Assembly (NCBI GenBank): GCA_030831165.1
Contig: JAURLP010000036.1
Coordinates: 7,622 to 71,621 of the forward strand
Direction: 5' to 3'
Length of the DNA: 64,000 nucleotides
From: Gammaproteobacteria bacterium
GTDB taxonomy: Bacteria; Pseudomonadota; Gammaproteobacteria; Pseudomonadales; Pseudohongiellaceae
Position numbers and translations under genes: made by a program
Part shown: in pieces, positions 38,734-48,257 of the stretch
Layout of the letters: every line of letters starts with the position of its first letter
Numbering within the stretch: position 1 is the first letter of the stretch
The notes under the pieces: model-generated
What the model was told of the DNA's origin: nothing
The model's database searches: none
The model's input: the letters and a program-made list of their open reading frames with translations, nothing else

Positions 38734-40812
38734 ATGAATCAGATCCCAAGATTTCTTTTTATTTTGCTTATTGCCGCTATTCCGGTTTCAAACAAGGCAG
38801 CGGATTTTGGCACAACGGGCTTGATTGATATTCCGACTGCCAGAATGATGGATGATGGCGAATTCAAAATTGCCATGAGCCGGCAAACGGTAGCTGATAT
38901 TTATTCATTAAATTACCAGGTTACGCCCTGGCTGGAATCGACCTTTCGCTACACGATTTTCAATCCCGATAAAGTTGCAGGTTCTGGCGATAACCTTTTT
39001 GATAGAAGCTATGAAGTCAAACTACGCTTAATTCGAGAAAGAAGGCTGTTTCCTCAGGTGGCCCTTGGGATCAGGGATGTACTAGGTACCGGGGCTTGGG
39101 GTAGTGAATATCTGGTAGCCACTAAATCCATCGGCGCTTTTGATCTTACACTGGGCACGGGTTGGGGAAGAATGGCTGAGCGCAGTTCCTTCAGTAACCC
39201 TTTGACCAACATTGCTGATAGCTTTGAAACACGAAATGCAGAAGTAGGCAGAGGTGGAAAAGTTTCATTTGGTAATTTTTTCAGTGGCCCTGATGTCGGT
39301 GTTTATGGTGGCTTTAGCTATGAGCTGGAGAACTGGAACACCAAGTTCTTGGTCGAGTATAACTCGGATTCTTTTCAAAGAGAGCGTCGATTTGGCACTA
39401 TTCCTGATGCTTCACCTGTGAGCTATGGTATCGAGTGGGAACCAACGCCTGGGTTTGCTCTGGGTCTTAACCGGCAGCAGGGTAATCAAACCGGATTTTA
39501 TATTTCTGCCTCACTGAATACCAAAAATGAAGCCCCGCGTCGCACGCAAAACCTTGTGGTGCCAGTGAGTTCAAATCTGGCACAGGAAGTTATGGGTGCT
39601 GAGCTCAATACCTGGTATGGAAATTTACTGATTGATGTTGAATCTAACGGCATGCTTCTGCGCTCGGCTACTCTTTCACCAGACCAGAAATCAGTGAGTT
39701 TTGAGCTGTCTAACCAGCAGTATGGCTTAATGGCAGATGGTATCAATCGCTTTTTAACCCTGGCAGAAATTCATGCGCCTCCTCAAATAGAAACTATAGA
39801 AATAATTTTGAATGAAGGTGGTATACGCACCAATGCGGTAAGCTATCAGCGCCAATTTGGTGACAGGCCGCGAACCTGGCTGGACCCTGAAGATTTGATT
39901 GAAATTACACCCGGGGCGCCATTAGTTAACCCCTCGTCCAGAACACGCTACCGTATTCCAAATGTGGCCTTTGGTGCAGATTTATCAACACGCTTGTCAT
40001 TATTTGATCCTGATAAACCTGCACGTTATCAGGTGATGCTTAAAACCACGGCGGCAATGGACCTGGGTAACTATTTTTCGCTTTTTGCTACCTATAACTG
40101 GGACATCGATAATGATTTTGACACTATCAGACGAGGTCCAAGCTCAAGATTGCCTGAAGTACGCACTAATATAGCTCGATACCTCAAAGAGGGTGATACA
40201 GGCCTCGACAGCTTATACTTACAGAGAAAAGGTAACTTAGGTAGAGATCTATACTATCGAGCTTACACTGGTTATCTGGAGGAAATGTATGCGGGCATTG
40301 GTGGAGAATTTTTATATAGTCCCTTTAGTTCGCGGCTGGCTTTTGGTTTTAACCTTAACTGGGTAAAGCAGCGAGATTTTGATAAAGATTTTGATTTGCT
40401 GGATTATTCCGTCGTCACCGGCCATGTCAGTGCCTATTGGGCAACCCCCTGGTATAACTATGATCTTGCCATACACGCTGGTCAGTATTTAGCAAAAGAT
40501 GTGGGGGCCACTATTGAGGTGCGCAGGACCTTTGATAATGGCTGGATGGTTGGTGCTTTTGCAACTTTTACCAATGTATCTGCTGAAGATTTTGGTGAAG
40601 GCAGTTTTGATAAGGGGCTTTTTTTTAGAGTGCCGCTGGATCAAATTTTACCGGGGAATACCCGTGCCTCTTATACCAATACCATTCGCTCGATCCAACG
40701 CGATGGCGGTCAAGCCCTTAATGGCTTTGGCACAAGCTTATGGTACGATTTACGCCCAACGCGTTATGATGCTTTGAATAACTATAAATTACGGATGGTT
40801 CCAGGAGCATGA
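38734..40812 (+). CDS. YjbH-family outer-membrane exopolysaccharide-associated protein
   Basis: Signal peptide, then ADFGTTGLIDIPTARMMDDGEFKIAMS..YQVTPWLESTFRY, which is typical of the YjbH N-terminus. About 690 aa and beta-rich. ORF trimmed to the ATG at 38734, downstream of the terminator. Confidence 0.72.
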   Translation: MNQIPRFLFILLIAAIPVSNKAADFGTTGLIDIPTARMMDDGEFKIAMSRQTVADIYSLNYQVTPWLESTFRYTIFNPDKVAGSGDNLFDRSYEVKLRLIRERRLFPQVALGIRDVLGTGAWGSEYLVATKSIGAFDLTLGTGWGRMAERSSFSNPLTNIADSFETRNAEVGRGGKVSFGNFFSGPDVGVYGGFSYELENWNTKFLVEYNSDSFQRERRFGTIPDASPVSYGIEWEPTPGFALGLNRQQGNQTGFYISASLNTKNEAPRRTQNLVVPVSSNLAQEVMGAELNTWYGNLLIDVESNGMLLRSATLSPDQKSVSFELSNQQYGLMADGINRFLTLAEIHAPPQIETIEIILNEGGIRTNAVSYQRQFGDRPRTWLDPEDLIEITPGAPLVNPSSRTRYRIPNVAFGADLSTRLSLFDPDKPARYQVMLKTTAAMDLGNYFSLFATYNWDIDNDFDTIRRGPSSRLPEVRTNIARYLKEGDTGLDSLYLQRKGNLGRDLYYRAYTGYLEEMYAGIGGEFLYSPFSSRLAFGFNLNWVKQRDFDKDFDLLDYSVVTGHVSAYWATPWYNYDLAIHAGQYLAKDVGATIEVRRTFDNGWMVGAFATFTNVSAEDFGEGSFDKGLFFRVPLDQILPGNTRASYTNTIRSIQRDGGQALNGFGTSLWYDLRPTRYDALNNYKLRMVPGA

Positions 40813-41366
40813 GAATAATCCAATTATTGTTGTTATGGTTGTTAGTGCTATGTGGAGTGCAAGCCTGCAGTTTTCGCTCGACTCAGCTTGACTTGCTCAT
40901 GTCTGCTTTTAATGGAAGCGATGAGACCACAGTACCCTATGAAGAGCTTGCCTGGACCATGCTTTGGTCCGGCAATGATTATCGTCTAATGCCTATTTTC
41001 CCAACGGATATGAGTGTGACTAATTTCATGGATAGAGAAGGCGAGGTCATTGTAAGCTTTGATGGCTGGCAAGTTGTGAGAGCCGATGGCGTATTACCTT
41101 CTGAGTTAAACATTACCATTGAAAAAACTGATACTGGTCTGGAGTATTCAAGCGAGGATGATGTTTTTGCGACTCATGTCTGCGAAGAATTTGCCTCAAC
41201 TCTCGAAGGCCAAACCACCGTCTGGCTGCAAAACTGTGATAGCCCTGAAGGCCCTTATACTAATGAGATAAGAGTCAACGGAAGTGGATCCATAACCTTT
41301 CTACGATTTTTGATTCACCCCAGATATCCTATGCTTACTTTGACACCCAATAACTTATTATTCTAG
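40809..41366 (+). CDS. Lipoprotein, possibly YjbF/GfcB-family
   Basis: Signal peptide with a lipobox-like LVLCGVQAC. ATGA overlap with the yjbH-like gene. The family assignment rests on context only. Confidence 0.4.
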   Translation: MRIIQLLLLWLLVLCGVQACSFRSTQLDLLMSAFNGSDETTVPYEELAWTMLWSGNDYRLMPIFPTDMSVTNFMDREGEVIVSFDGWQVVRADGVLPSELNITIEKTDTGLEYSSEDDVFATHVCEEFASTLEGQTTVWLQNCDSPEGPYTNEIRVNGSGSITFLRFLIHPRYPMLTLTPNNLLF

Positions 41367-41444
41367 CAGGGCCTGTTAAAAGCGACTAAATCTGAGGCTT
41401 AAATGCTTTAGGAAAAGGTGAACAGGTTATTCTGGAAAGTAAAA

Positions 41445-41493
41445 AGGTGGAAGAGACGGAATCTAACCACCGAAATAAGGGTAAACAATCCTT
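41445..41493 (-). other. Decayed tRNA-Phe fragment (T-arm to anticodon-arm region)
   Basis: cggaatctaaccaccga (41457-41473) matches tRNA-Phe positions 41642-41658 at 16 of 17 nt. The flanks (aggtg.. and ..caatcct) also align, in the same orientation, about 135 nt beyond the tRNA 3' end. Confidence 0.6.
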
Positions 41494-41613
41494 TTGCCTA
41501 TTCTGAATACAAGCACAACTTGGCATCGTTTAGTTTGTGTTTAAAGCTAAAATTTTTTGAAAAGGCTTGAATTCAATCGATTGAGTGAATTATAACCTTC
41601 CTAGATTGATTGA

Positions 41614-41716
41614 AAGCGAATTTCGAGTTGGTGCCCAGGGGCGGAATCGAACCACCGACACGAGGATTTTCAATCCTCTGCTCTACCGACTGAGCTACCT
41701 GGGCTGAAATTCGCTT
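41614..41716. repeat. 11-bp perfect inverted repeat bracketing tRNA-Phe
   Basis: aagcgaatttc (41614-41624) and gaaattcgctt (41706-41716) would pair the 5' leader with the 3' trailer of the precursor. Confidence 0.7.
41629..41704 (-). tRNA. tRNA-Phe (GAA), CCA encoded
   Basis: The reverse complement is GCCCAGGTAGCTCAGTCGGTAGAGCAGAGGATTGAAAATCCTCGTGTCGGTGGTTCGATTCCGCCCCTGGGCACCA. It is near-identical in architecture to E. coli tRNA-Phe and has a GAA anticodon. Confidence 0.97.
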
Positions 41717-41773
41717 CTTTCCCCAATTGAATAATCAGGTTTCGATTTGCTGCTCTTTAGCAACAAGGCGCGT

Positions 41774-41802
41774 ATTAAACCTTTTGGCGTTGACCTAGTC
41801 AA
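41774..41802 (-). promoter_or_regulatory. Sigma70-type promoter for tRNA-Phe
   Basis: On the minus strand: TTGACT, a 17-nt spacer, TTTAAT, then a GC-rich discriminator ACGCGCC (typical of stringent control). It lies about 60 nt upstream of the mature 5' end. Confidence 0.5.
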
Positions 41803-41822
41803 GATTGTATTAAGATAAAGTG

Positions 41823-42092
41823 TTAGTTTTCTGGCACGTAACCGTCGGCTTCATCATGATCCTCATTGGCAAAGAACTTATCCATTTCTTCGGTCAGGTA
41901 TTTACGATCTTCTGGATTAATCATGCTGAGAGTTTTTTCATTGATTAATCGGGTTTGTAACTGCTGCCATTCTTCCCAGGCTTGTTTAGAAATATTCTCG
42001 AAAATATCCTGGCCCTTTGCTCCCGGATAGGGGGGTGTAAGCAAGCCCTCCATCTCTTTATTATATTTTTTACAAAATACGGTTCTGCTCAT
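41823..42092 (-). CDS. yggX: Fe(2+)-trafficking protein YggX
   Basis: [41 protein letters not shown]. mutY-yggX synteny. Confidence 0.88.
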   Translation of the reverse strand: MSRTVFCKKYNKEMEGLLTPPYPGAKGQDIFENISKQAWEEWQQLQTRLINEKTLSMINPEDRKYLTEEMDKFFANEDHDEADGYVPEN

Positions 42093-43165
42093 GACTTATT
42101 TACCAGTTGTGTTAAAAGCGTTTTTACCGGGCCTGCCAGCCCTAATTCAGTAGGCGAATTGAGATCATACCAGTGCCAGTCGGGCTTCTCCATGACCATC
42201 ATCGGTTCTTTTGCTAACCATAGAATTTGCGGTGTTATAGTTAAATGAAAATGGCTGAAAGTATGGCGAATATCATTCCATTGCATAGTTTGATCGTTAA
42301 TAACAAAATCATATTTTTGCAGAAAGCTGGATATATCGGCATGTACTGGAATTTCAGGGAAGCTCCATAAGCCGCCCCAAATACCACCGGGAGGCCTTTT
42401 TTCCAATAATACTTTTTTACCACTTTTGTTATGAAGAATTAACATTTGTATCGATTTTTCAGGAAATTTCTTTTTGATTTTTTTATGCGGGAACTCAGTG
42501 GTTTTGTGCCTTAAATAAGCTTCACAACCTTCTTGCAAAGGGCAAACCGGGCATGAGGGTTTTGTTCGTGTGCAAAGTATTGCCCCAAGGTCCATCATGG
42601 CTTGGGTGTATGATCGGCAATTAGTAGATGGGGTATGTAATTCTGCTAATTCCCATAGTTGTTTTTGGGTCTCGCTATGGCCGGGCCAACCTTTCACGCA
42701 GTGATAGCGGCAAAGCACGCGTTTTACATTGCCGTCCAGAATAACAGCATAGCTATCTTCAGCTAGTGCCATTATTGCCCCGGCGGTGGATCTTCCTATT
42801 CCTGGCAACTCAATTAATTCTTCAAGGGTACTAGGAAAAACACCATGGTTTTCTTGATAAACGATTTTTGCGGTTTTATGTAAATTTCTTGCTCGAGCGT
42901 AATACCCTAAACCGGTCCAGTGGTGGAATACCTTATCTTCATCTGCCAAGGCTAGTTGTTTGATGTTTGGAAAGCTGCGCATAAAGTTTTCGTAATAGGG
43001 AATGACCGTGCTTACCTGAGTCTGCTGCAACATTATTTCTGAGACCCAAACGCGATAGGAGGTCGGCTTAAGCTGCCAGGGTAAATTCTTGCGGCCATGA
43101 TGTTCAAACCAGTGTAAAACGGCTTGACTGAAATTGGCGTGTTTTGATTTAGCTTTAATAGGCAT
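42089..43165 (-). CDS. mutY: A/G-specific adenine DNA glycosylase
   Basis: [20 protein letters not shown], an HhH-GPD region ([12 protein letters not shown]), the 4Fe-4S cluster Cys motif ([17 protein letters not shown]) and a C-terminal NUDIX-like domain. I prefer the ATG at 43165 because the longer ORF would cover the hisB promoter. Confidence 0.9.
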   Translation of the reverse strand: MPIKAKSKHANFSQAVLHWFEHHGRKNLPWQLKPTSYRVWVSEIMLQQTQVSTVIPYYENFMRSFPNIKQLALADEDKVFHHWTGLGYYARARNLHKTAKIVYQENHGVFPSTLEELIELPGIGRSTAGAIMALAEDSYAVILDGNVKRVLCRYHCVKGWPGHSETQKQLWELAELHTPSTNCRSYTQAMMDLGAILCTRTKPSCPVCPLQEGCEAYLRHKTTEFPHKKIKKKFPEKSIQMLILHNKSGKKVLLEKRPPGGIWGGLWSFPEIPVHADISSFLQKYDFVINDQTMQWNDIRHTFSHFHLTITPQILWLAKEPMMVMEKPDWHWYDLNSPTELGLAGPVKTLLTQLVNKS

Positions 43166-43196
43166 GAAACTAAGTGTAATGATTGTCAGCCTTTTT

Positions 43197-43226
43197 TTCA
43201 CATTAAAAGGTGTTTGGCAGTATAAT
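43197..43226 (+). promoter_or_regulatory. Sigma70-type promoter for hisB
   Basis: TTCACA, an 18-nt spacer, then TATAAT, about 60 nt upstream of the hisB ATG. Confidence 0.45.
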
Positions 43227-43286
43227 CACGTTTTTCTCAATGCTGCATTATTTAAAAACAACACTGCAGAAGTGATAGAGGCGATT

Positions 43287-43880
43287 ATGTCTGAGCCAAG
43301 AATGGCTACCGTTGAAAGAAATACTAATGAAACCCAAATCAAGGTTAGTGTAAATTTGGATGGCACCGGTTTATTTAAAATAAAGTCCGGTTTGCCTTTT
43401 CTTGAGCATATGCTTGAACAGATTTCTCGACATGGTTTGGTGGATATCGACATTGTCGCCAAAGGTGATCTTGAAATTGATGCTCACCATACAGTAGAAG
43501 ATCTGGGTATCACCTTGGGCCAGGCTATTGATAAGGCCTTGGATAAAACCGGAATCCGCCGTTATGGTCACGCCTATGTTCCCCTTGATGAGGCATTATC
43601 TCGTGTAGTAATCGACTTTTCCGGCCGGCCAGGACTCGAGTATGCAATTCCTTTTGCACGCGGAACGGTGGGCGACTTTGATGTGGATTTATTTTATGAA
43701 TTTTTTCAGGGTTTTGTGAACCATGCCAAAGTGACCCTGCACATTGATAATCTCAAAGGTAACAATGCTCATCACCAGATAGAAACCGTGTTTAAGGCAT
43801 TTGGCCGGGCCATGCGAATGGCAATCGAAGCTGATCCACGTATGCAAGGCACCATCCCTTCAACCAAGGGAAGTCTATAG
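43287..43880 (+). CDS. hisB: Imidazoleglycerol-phosphate dehydratase (monofunctional)
   Basis: [29 protein letters not shown] and [19 protein letters not shown] trimmed to the ATG at 43287. Confidence 0.92.
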   Translation: MSEPRMATVERNTNETQIKVSVNLDGTGLFKIKSGLPFLEHMLEQISRHGLVDIDIVAKGDLEIDAHHTVEDLGITLGQAIDKALDKTGIRRYGHAYVPLDEALSRVVIDFSGRPGLEYAIPFARGTVGDFDVDLFYEFFQGFVNHAKVTLHIDNLKGNNAHHQIETVFKAFGRAMRMAIEADPRMQGTIPSTKGSL

Positions 43881-44004
43881 GCTTGCCAACACTTCGTTAA
43901 AAACAGGCCTTAATGCTGATTTATTGTATATATAAATACTGCTTTAGGGTCTGTTTTTGCTAGTTCCTGGCTGAGTTAAATGTTTCAGGGAATTTCGCTA
44001 GATT

Positions 44005-44661
44005 ATGAATAGAGTTGTCGTAATTGATTATGGTATGGGTAATCTTCATTCTGTGGGGAAGGCCCTTGAGCACGTTGATAAAAATATTTCTCTTTCAATT
44101 ACGTCTGATGCCCAACAAATCCAAGATGCGGATCGTCTGATTTTTCCAGGTGTTGGTGCTATGCGTGATTGTATGGCAGAAATTAAACGCCTAAAAATTG
44201 ATAAGCTTTTGAAAGAAGCCCGGTTGGAAAAGCCAATATTGGGAATTTGTGTTGGCATGCAAGCGATGCTCGACTTCTCTGAAGAAAATAATGGGGTTGA
44301 CTGTATTGGACTTTTCCCTGGCAGAGTTGAGCGTTTTTCTGAAGGTCAGAAAGATGAAAATAATGAGCTATTAAAAGTTCCTCATATGGGTTGGAATGAA
44401 GTTAAGCAAACGTTTGAGCATCCAATGTGGCACAACATTGTTGACAAGAGTCGTTTTTATTTCGTGCATAGTTATTATGTGACTCCTGATACTTGTAAAG
44501 AAAATAGTGCAACAATTGTTGGCGAGAGTACATATCATAAGGCTTTTTGTTCTGCGCTAGCAGATGACAATATCTTTGCCGTACAATTTCATCCTGAAAA
44601 AAGTCAGAGCTGTGGTTTGCAATTGCTTAAAAACTTTCTAAGCTGGGATGGACAAGTATGA
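44005..44661 (+). CDS. hisH: Imidazole glycerol phosphate synthase, glutaminase subunit
   Basis: [19 protein letters not shown] (nucleophile Cys) and QFHPEKS. Confidence 0.93.
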   Translation: MNRVVVIDYGMGNLHSVGKALEHVDKNISLSITSDAQQIQDADRLIFPGVGAMRDCMAEIKRLKIDKLLKEARLEKPILGICVGMQAMLDFSEENNGVDCIGLFPGRVERFSEGQKDENNELLKVPHMGWNEVKQTFEHPMWHNIVDKSRFYFVHSYYVTPDTCKENSATIVGESTYHKAFCSALADDNIFAVQFHPEKSQSCGLQLLKNFLSWDGQV

Positions 44662-45428
44662 GCCTGGCAAAACGAATTATTCCTTGTCTAGACTGTGAGA
44701 ATGGTCGCGTAGTAAAAGGCGTAAAATTTTTAGATATTCGTGATGCTGGAGATCCTGTAGAAGTTGCAAAAAGATATTGTGATCAGGGTGCAGATGAGAT
44801 CACTTTTCTCGATATCACAGCCAGTAGCGATGATCGCGAAACAACAGTCCATACCGTTGAGGCCATTGCCAGTCAGGTTTTCATTCCTCTGACAGTGGGA
44901 GGTGGAATTCGGACGCTCGAAGATATTCGTATCATGCTTAATGCCGGGGCAGATAAAGTAGCGATTAACACCAGCGCTGTTTTAAACCCGGAATTTGTAA
45001 AACAAGCCGCTGATAAGTTTGGCTCCCAGTGCATAGTCGTTGCAATTGATGCCAAACAGGTTTCTGGGGAAGGCGAGCCATTGCAATGGGAGATATTCAC
45101 TCATGGAGGCAGAAAGCCTACTGGCCTTGATGCTATAGAGTGGGCCAAAAGAATGGTTGCCTATGGGGCAGGAGAAATATTATTAACCAGCATGGATCGA
45201 GATGGCACCAAAAATGGATTTGATCTGGCTTTAAATAGGGCGATAAGTGAGACAGTTAGTGTGCCGGTTATTGCATCGGGCGGTGTTGGTAATTTACAGC
45301 ACCTGGTTGAAGGAATTACTGAAGGGAAAGTGGATGCTGTGCTAGCCGCCAGTATTTTTCATTTTGGTGAGTTTAGTATTCCTGAAGCTAAAAAGTATAT
45401 GGCATCTAAAGGCATCGTCGTCCGTTAA
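44658..45428 (+). CDS. hisF: Imidazole glycerol phosphate synthase, cyclase subunit
   Basis: [31 protein letters not shown] and ASGGVG. ATGA overlap with hisH. Confidence 0.94.
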   Translation: MSLAKRIIPCLDCENGRVVKGVKFLDIRDAGDPVEVAKRYCDQGADEITFLDITASSDDRETTVHTVEAIASQVFIPLTVGGGIRTLEDIRIMLNAGADKVAINTSAVLNPEFVKQAADKFGSQCIVVAIDAKQVSGEGEPLQWEIFTHGGRKPTGLDAIEWAKRMVAYGAGEILLTSMDRDGTKNGFDLALNRAISETVSVPVIASGGVGNLQHLVEGITEGKVDAVLAASIFHFGEFSIPEAKKYMASKGIVVR

Positions 45429-45761
45429 AACTACTACGCTCGGTAATGCTTTGTTGAAAGTTTTCTTTTACTCAGTCACTTGCTGTTTGCAAGCTCCTTT
45501 ATAAAATCAACCTTTCGCCGCGCCTGAACTTCGCTCGTGACGTTTTAATATATAGGTGTAACAGTTGCCATAATCTTAAAAACTTTAAAAAGTCTAAGAC
45601 CTGCATTCATCAAAAGCATGCAAAAGATTAGCAATCTTGATGTCAACTAAACCAGTACAAAGAGAGAAAAACTTTTAAATTGGCCTTCATGCTCAAGTAA
45701 GTGACAGGATGAAATTTATTTTTTCATCAAGCCAATCTGAGCCGAGTTCTTCAGTTCTTGA

Positions 45762-47084
45762 CTAGTAAGGTCGGGCTCGAATAAGCGCCAAGCCTTTTAA
45801 AATATTCAAAGCTTCATTGAGCTGATAATCACCAATAAGGACTTGCTCTCCAGTCAGATCAAGTACTTCGGGGATTGAGCCGATTAAGTTTTCATTTTCA
45901 AGATGGCCTTCAAGATCCTGTTCGCGATAGTTAGCCGGATTATCAGGCAGGCTTGTTAGTCTTCCTTGCCGAACAATAATATTAGGCACAATACCGAGAG
46001 CCTGAATGGAGCGACCATTTGGTGTGTAATACAGGGCAGTGGTTAATTTAATCGCACGACCATTGGTTAGTGGTGAAACAGTTTGAACTGAACCTTTACC
46101 AAAACTTTGTGTCCCCATAATTACTGCTCGATTGTGGTCCTGTAAGGCGCCAGCAACTACTTCTGAAGCAGAGGCAGAACCCTGATTAATCAAAACAATC
46201 AATGGTACTCCGCGACTGGGGTCGGTGGGTGTGGCGTCAAAACGAGTATAAGAGTTTGTTTCACGACCTTCAGTGTAGACAATAAGCCCCTCAGAAATAA
46301 AAGCATCGACAACGTCTACAGCGGCTTGTAAAACGCCTCCGGGATTATTGCGTAAATCCAAAATAACACCTTTTAACTCAGTGTCACTTAGATGAAAATT
46401 TTCTAATGCTGTATTGATTTCACTGCCTGTCCCGGTAACAAATTGGGAAATGCGAATGTAGCCAAATCCAGGTTCCAAAAATCGTGAACGGACACTACTG
46501 GATGTGATGAGGCCTCTTGTGACTGTAATCTCTAGTGCTTCATCTACACCTTCACGCAAGATTGTCAGAACGATATCTGTTCCAGGAGCACCTCGCATTA
46601 AATCGGTGGTTTCATCTATTGTGATATCCGATGTAGGCGTGTTATCTATCTTAATGACAACATCGCCAGCTTTAACGCCGGCTATATCAGCAGGTGATCC
46701 GTCCACAGGGCTAATGATAGTAATGAACCCATTGCTAACCCCCACCTGAACACCCAGACCACCAAATTCACCAGTTGTCATTTCCTGCAGATTATCGAAA
46801 TCTTCATCGACCAGATAACTGGAGTGGGGGTCAATGCCAGCTAGCATTCCCCTGATAGCGTTCTCCAGTAATGTCTTGTCATCAATTGGTTCAACATAGG
46901 TATTGCGAATTCGGTTGAGTACTTCAGTAAAAATACGGACTTCTTCTATAGGCAAGGGCAGGGAATCAGTATTATTTGGAATTTGCCCAGTATCGCTTGT
47001 CTCTGATTGAGCTTGAACAGGCAATGCTAATATCAGGCCCAGATAGGTGAGAGCTGCAATTTTAATAATGTGTAATGTTTTCAT
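45762..47084 (-). CDS. ctpA: Carboxy-terminal processing (S41) protease
   Basis: Signal peptide, PDZ domain (GLGVQVG..SPADIAGVKAGDVVIKID), RNNPGG and the catalytic Ser region GSASASEV. Confidence 0.9.
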   Translation of the reverse strand: MKTLHIIKIAALTYLGLILALPVQAQSETSDTGQIPNNTDSLPLPIEEVRIFTEVLNRIRNTYVEPIDDKTLLENAIRGMLAGIDPHSSYLVDEDFDNLQEMTTGEFGGLGVQVGVSNGFITIISPVDGSPADIAGVKAGDVVIKIDNTPTSDITIDETTDLMRGAPGTDIVLTILREGVDEALEITVTRGLITSSSVRSRFLEPGFGYIRISQFVTGTGSEINTALENFHLSDTELKGVILDLRNNPGGVLQAAVDVVDAFISEGLIVYTEGRETNSYTRFDATPTDPSRGVPLIVLINQGSASASEVVAGALQDHNRAVIMGTQSFGKGSVQTVSPLTNGRAIKLTTALYYTPNGRSIQALGIVPNIIVRQGRLTSLPDNPANYREQDLEGHLENENLIGSIPEVLDLTGEQVLIGDYQLNEALNILKGLALIRARPY

Positions 47085-47102
47085 AGAAGTTAACCAGAGG
47101 CT

Positions 47103-48257
47103 TTAACGCCTCACCAACCAATTTATTGGGTCTTGTGATTCCCCATTATAGCGAATTTCGAAATAAACCCCATTTTCACTGCGACCACCTGTGTTGCCAA
47201 CTGCTGCGATTACTTCACCAGAAGTCACCCACTCTCCAACTTCTTTATAAAGTGATTGATTGTGTGCATAAAGGCTCATATAACCATCGCCATGGTCTAA
47301 TATCAATAGCAGCCCTGAACTGGCAAACCAATCAGAATAAATAACCCGGCCATGATGAATGGCCCTTACTTCTGCACCGGAGGCTCCGGCAATTGTAACC
47401 CCTTCCCAGTTCAGGTCGCCTAGTTCATAGTTTGCACCATAAGCATTCAACAAGGGCCCTTCCAGGGGCCAGGGCAGAGAGCCTCTGAGACCTGAAAAGT
47501 CTTCTCCTTCTGCACCAAATGAGATGTCCAAAATGGCAAGGGATAATTCCTCAATGAGTAATGCCATTTCTTCATATTGCACTTCCAGTTGTGATAATTC
47601 GTTGCCTCTTCTTGCAAGCATTTCATTGAGCTGTGTAAGAAGTGCCAAGCGTTCATTTTGACTTTGCTCAAGATTACTTTGTTGCTCCCTTAGCGCATCA
47701 CGCTGGGCAGACAAGTTTCGGTTACTTTCTTGAATATCGACGCTTATAGAGGTTATTTCGCTGATAGTATCCCGAAATTCAGCGATCTTATTTGCTCTGG
47801 CATCATTGAAATATTGATAATATCGCAGCGCTCGTGAACTACGACTAACACTTTGCTGGTTTAAAATTAGTTTCATGTACTCTTCTCTGCCATTTTTATA
47901 GGCAGCTAAAATATACTGGGCAATAAGGTTTTCCTGTTCACTTTTTTTGAGTTCCAGGGCTCTTCTTTGCTGTTCAAGGTCAGCAAGCCTCCTTTGCTCA
48001 GTATTGATGCGAGCTTCTATACTTGAAATAGTCTGATTAATGTCAGTAATGGCTTTTTCATTTGCTTCAAGTTCAAGTTCCACGCCCCCACGCTGCTGTC
48101 GAGTGCTTTCTATTTGTAACTGGACATTGGAAATAGCTTTGCCTAAAGCATCCAGATCTGCCTGTGAGGGGGCATCCTGGCCTTTGGATAAAGGAGAAAT
48201 AAGTAAGTAAGCACTTACATATATGACTAAATGATATTTGCGGGACCAACTTCTCAT
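47103..48257 (-). CDS. envC: Murein hydrolase activator EnvC-like (coiled coil plus M23/LytM domain)
   Basis: Long N-terminal coiled coil and a C-terminal LytM domain (GVTIAGASGAEVRAIHHGRVIYSDW..GDGYMSLYAHN). gpmI-envC-ctpA order. Confidence 0.82.
   Translation of the reverse strand: MRSWSRKYHLVIYVSAYLLISPLSKGQDAPSQADLDALGKAISNVQLQIESTRQQRGGVELELEANEKAITDINQTISSIEARINTEQRRLADLEQQRRALELKKSEQENLIAQYILAAYKNGREEYMKLILNQQSVSRSSRALRYYQYFNDARANKIAEFRDTISEITSISVDIQESNRNLSAQRDALREQQSNLEQSQNERLALLTQLNEMLARRGNELSQLEVQYEEMALLIEELSLAILDISFGAEGEDFSGLRGSLPWPLEGPLLNAYGANYELGDLNWEGVTIAGASGAEVRAIHHGRVIYSDWFASSGLLLILDHGDGYMSLYAHNQSLYKEVGEWVTSGEVIAAVGNTGGRSENGVYFEIRYNGESQDPINWLVRR

Noticed and set aside
38314-38749. 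Antisense or overlapping ORFs across the yjbE-like gene (38314..38535 minus, 38546..38749 minus) and the long 38324 start
   Set aside because: These are low-complexity mirror translations of the Ala/Thr-rich gene. The ATG at 38339 has the AGGAG RBS. The 38546..38749 ORF spans the intrinsic terminator.
31094-41704. Whole 31-41 kb region as a tRNA-Phe-integrated genomic island
   Set aside because: I saw no integrase, transposase or distal direct repeat in the intergenic regions I could inspect, and composition looks similar to the flanks by eye. I keep this only as a hypothesis attached to the tRNA-fragment finding.
43134-43286. N-terminal 51-aa extension of the hisB ORF, and the 12-aa extension of mutY (to 43201), which overlap each other
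   Set aside because: Homologue lengths and N-termini support the ATG at 43287 for hisB ([17 protein letters not shown]) and the ATG at 43165 for mutY. The extensions would also cover the predicted hisB promoter.
44005-45428. hisH directly coupled to hisF with no hisA between them
   Set aside because: The gene order is unusual, but hisA is probably elsewhere in the genome. This window shows no sign of fusion or loss of function.
45429-45761. 333-nt spacer between convergent hisF and ctpA as a possible sRNA locus
   Set aside because: I found only weak AT-rich hairpins (gatgaaa..tttcatc, tgcat..atgca). There is no promoter-plus-terminator pair or conserved RNA motif I can recognise.
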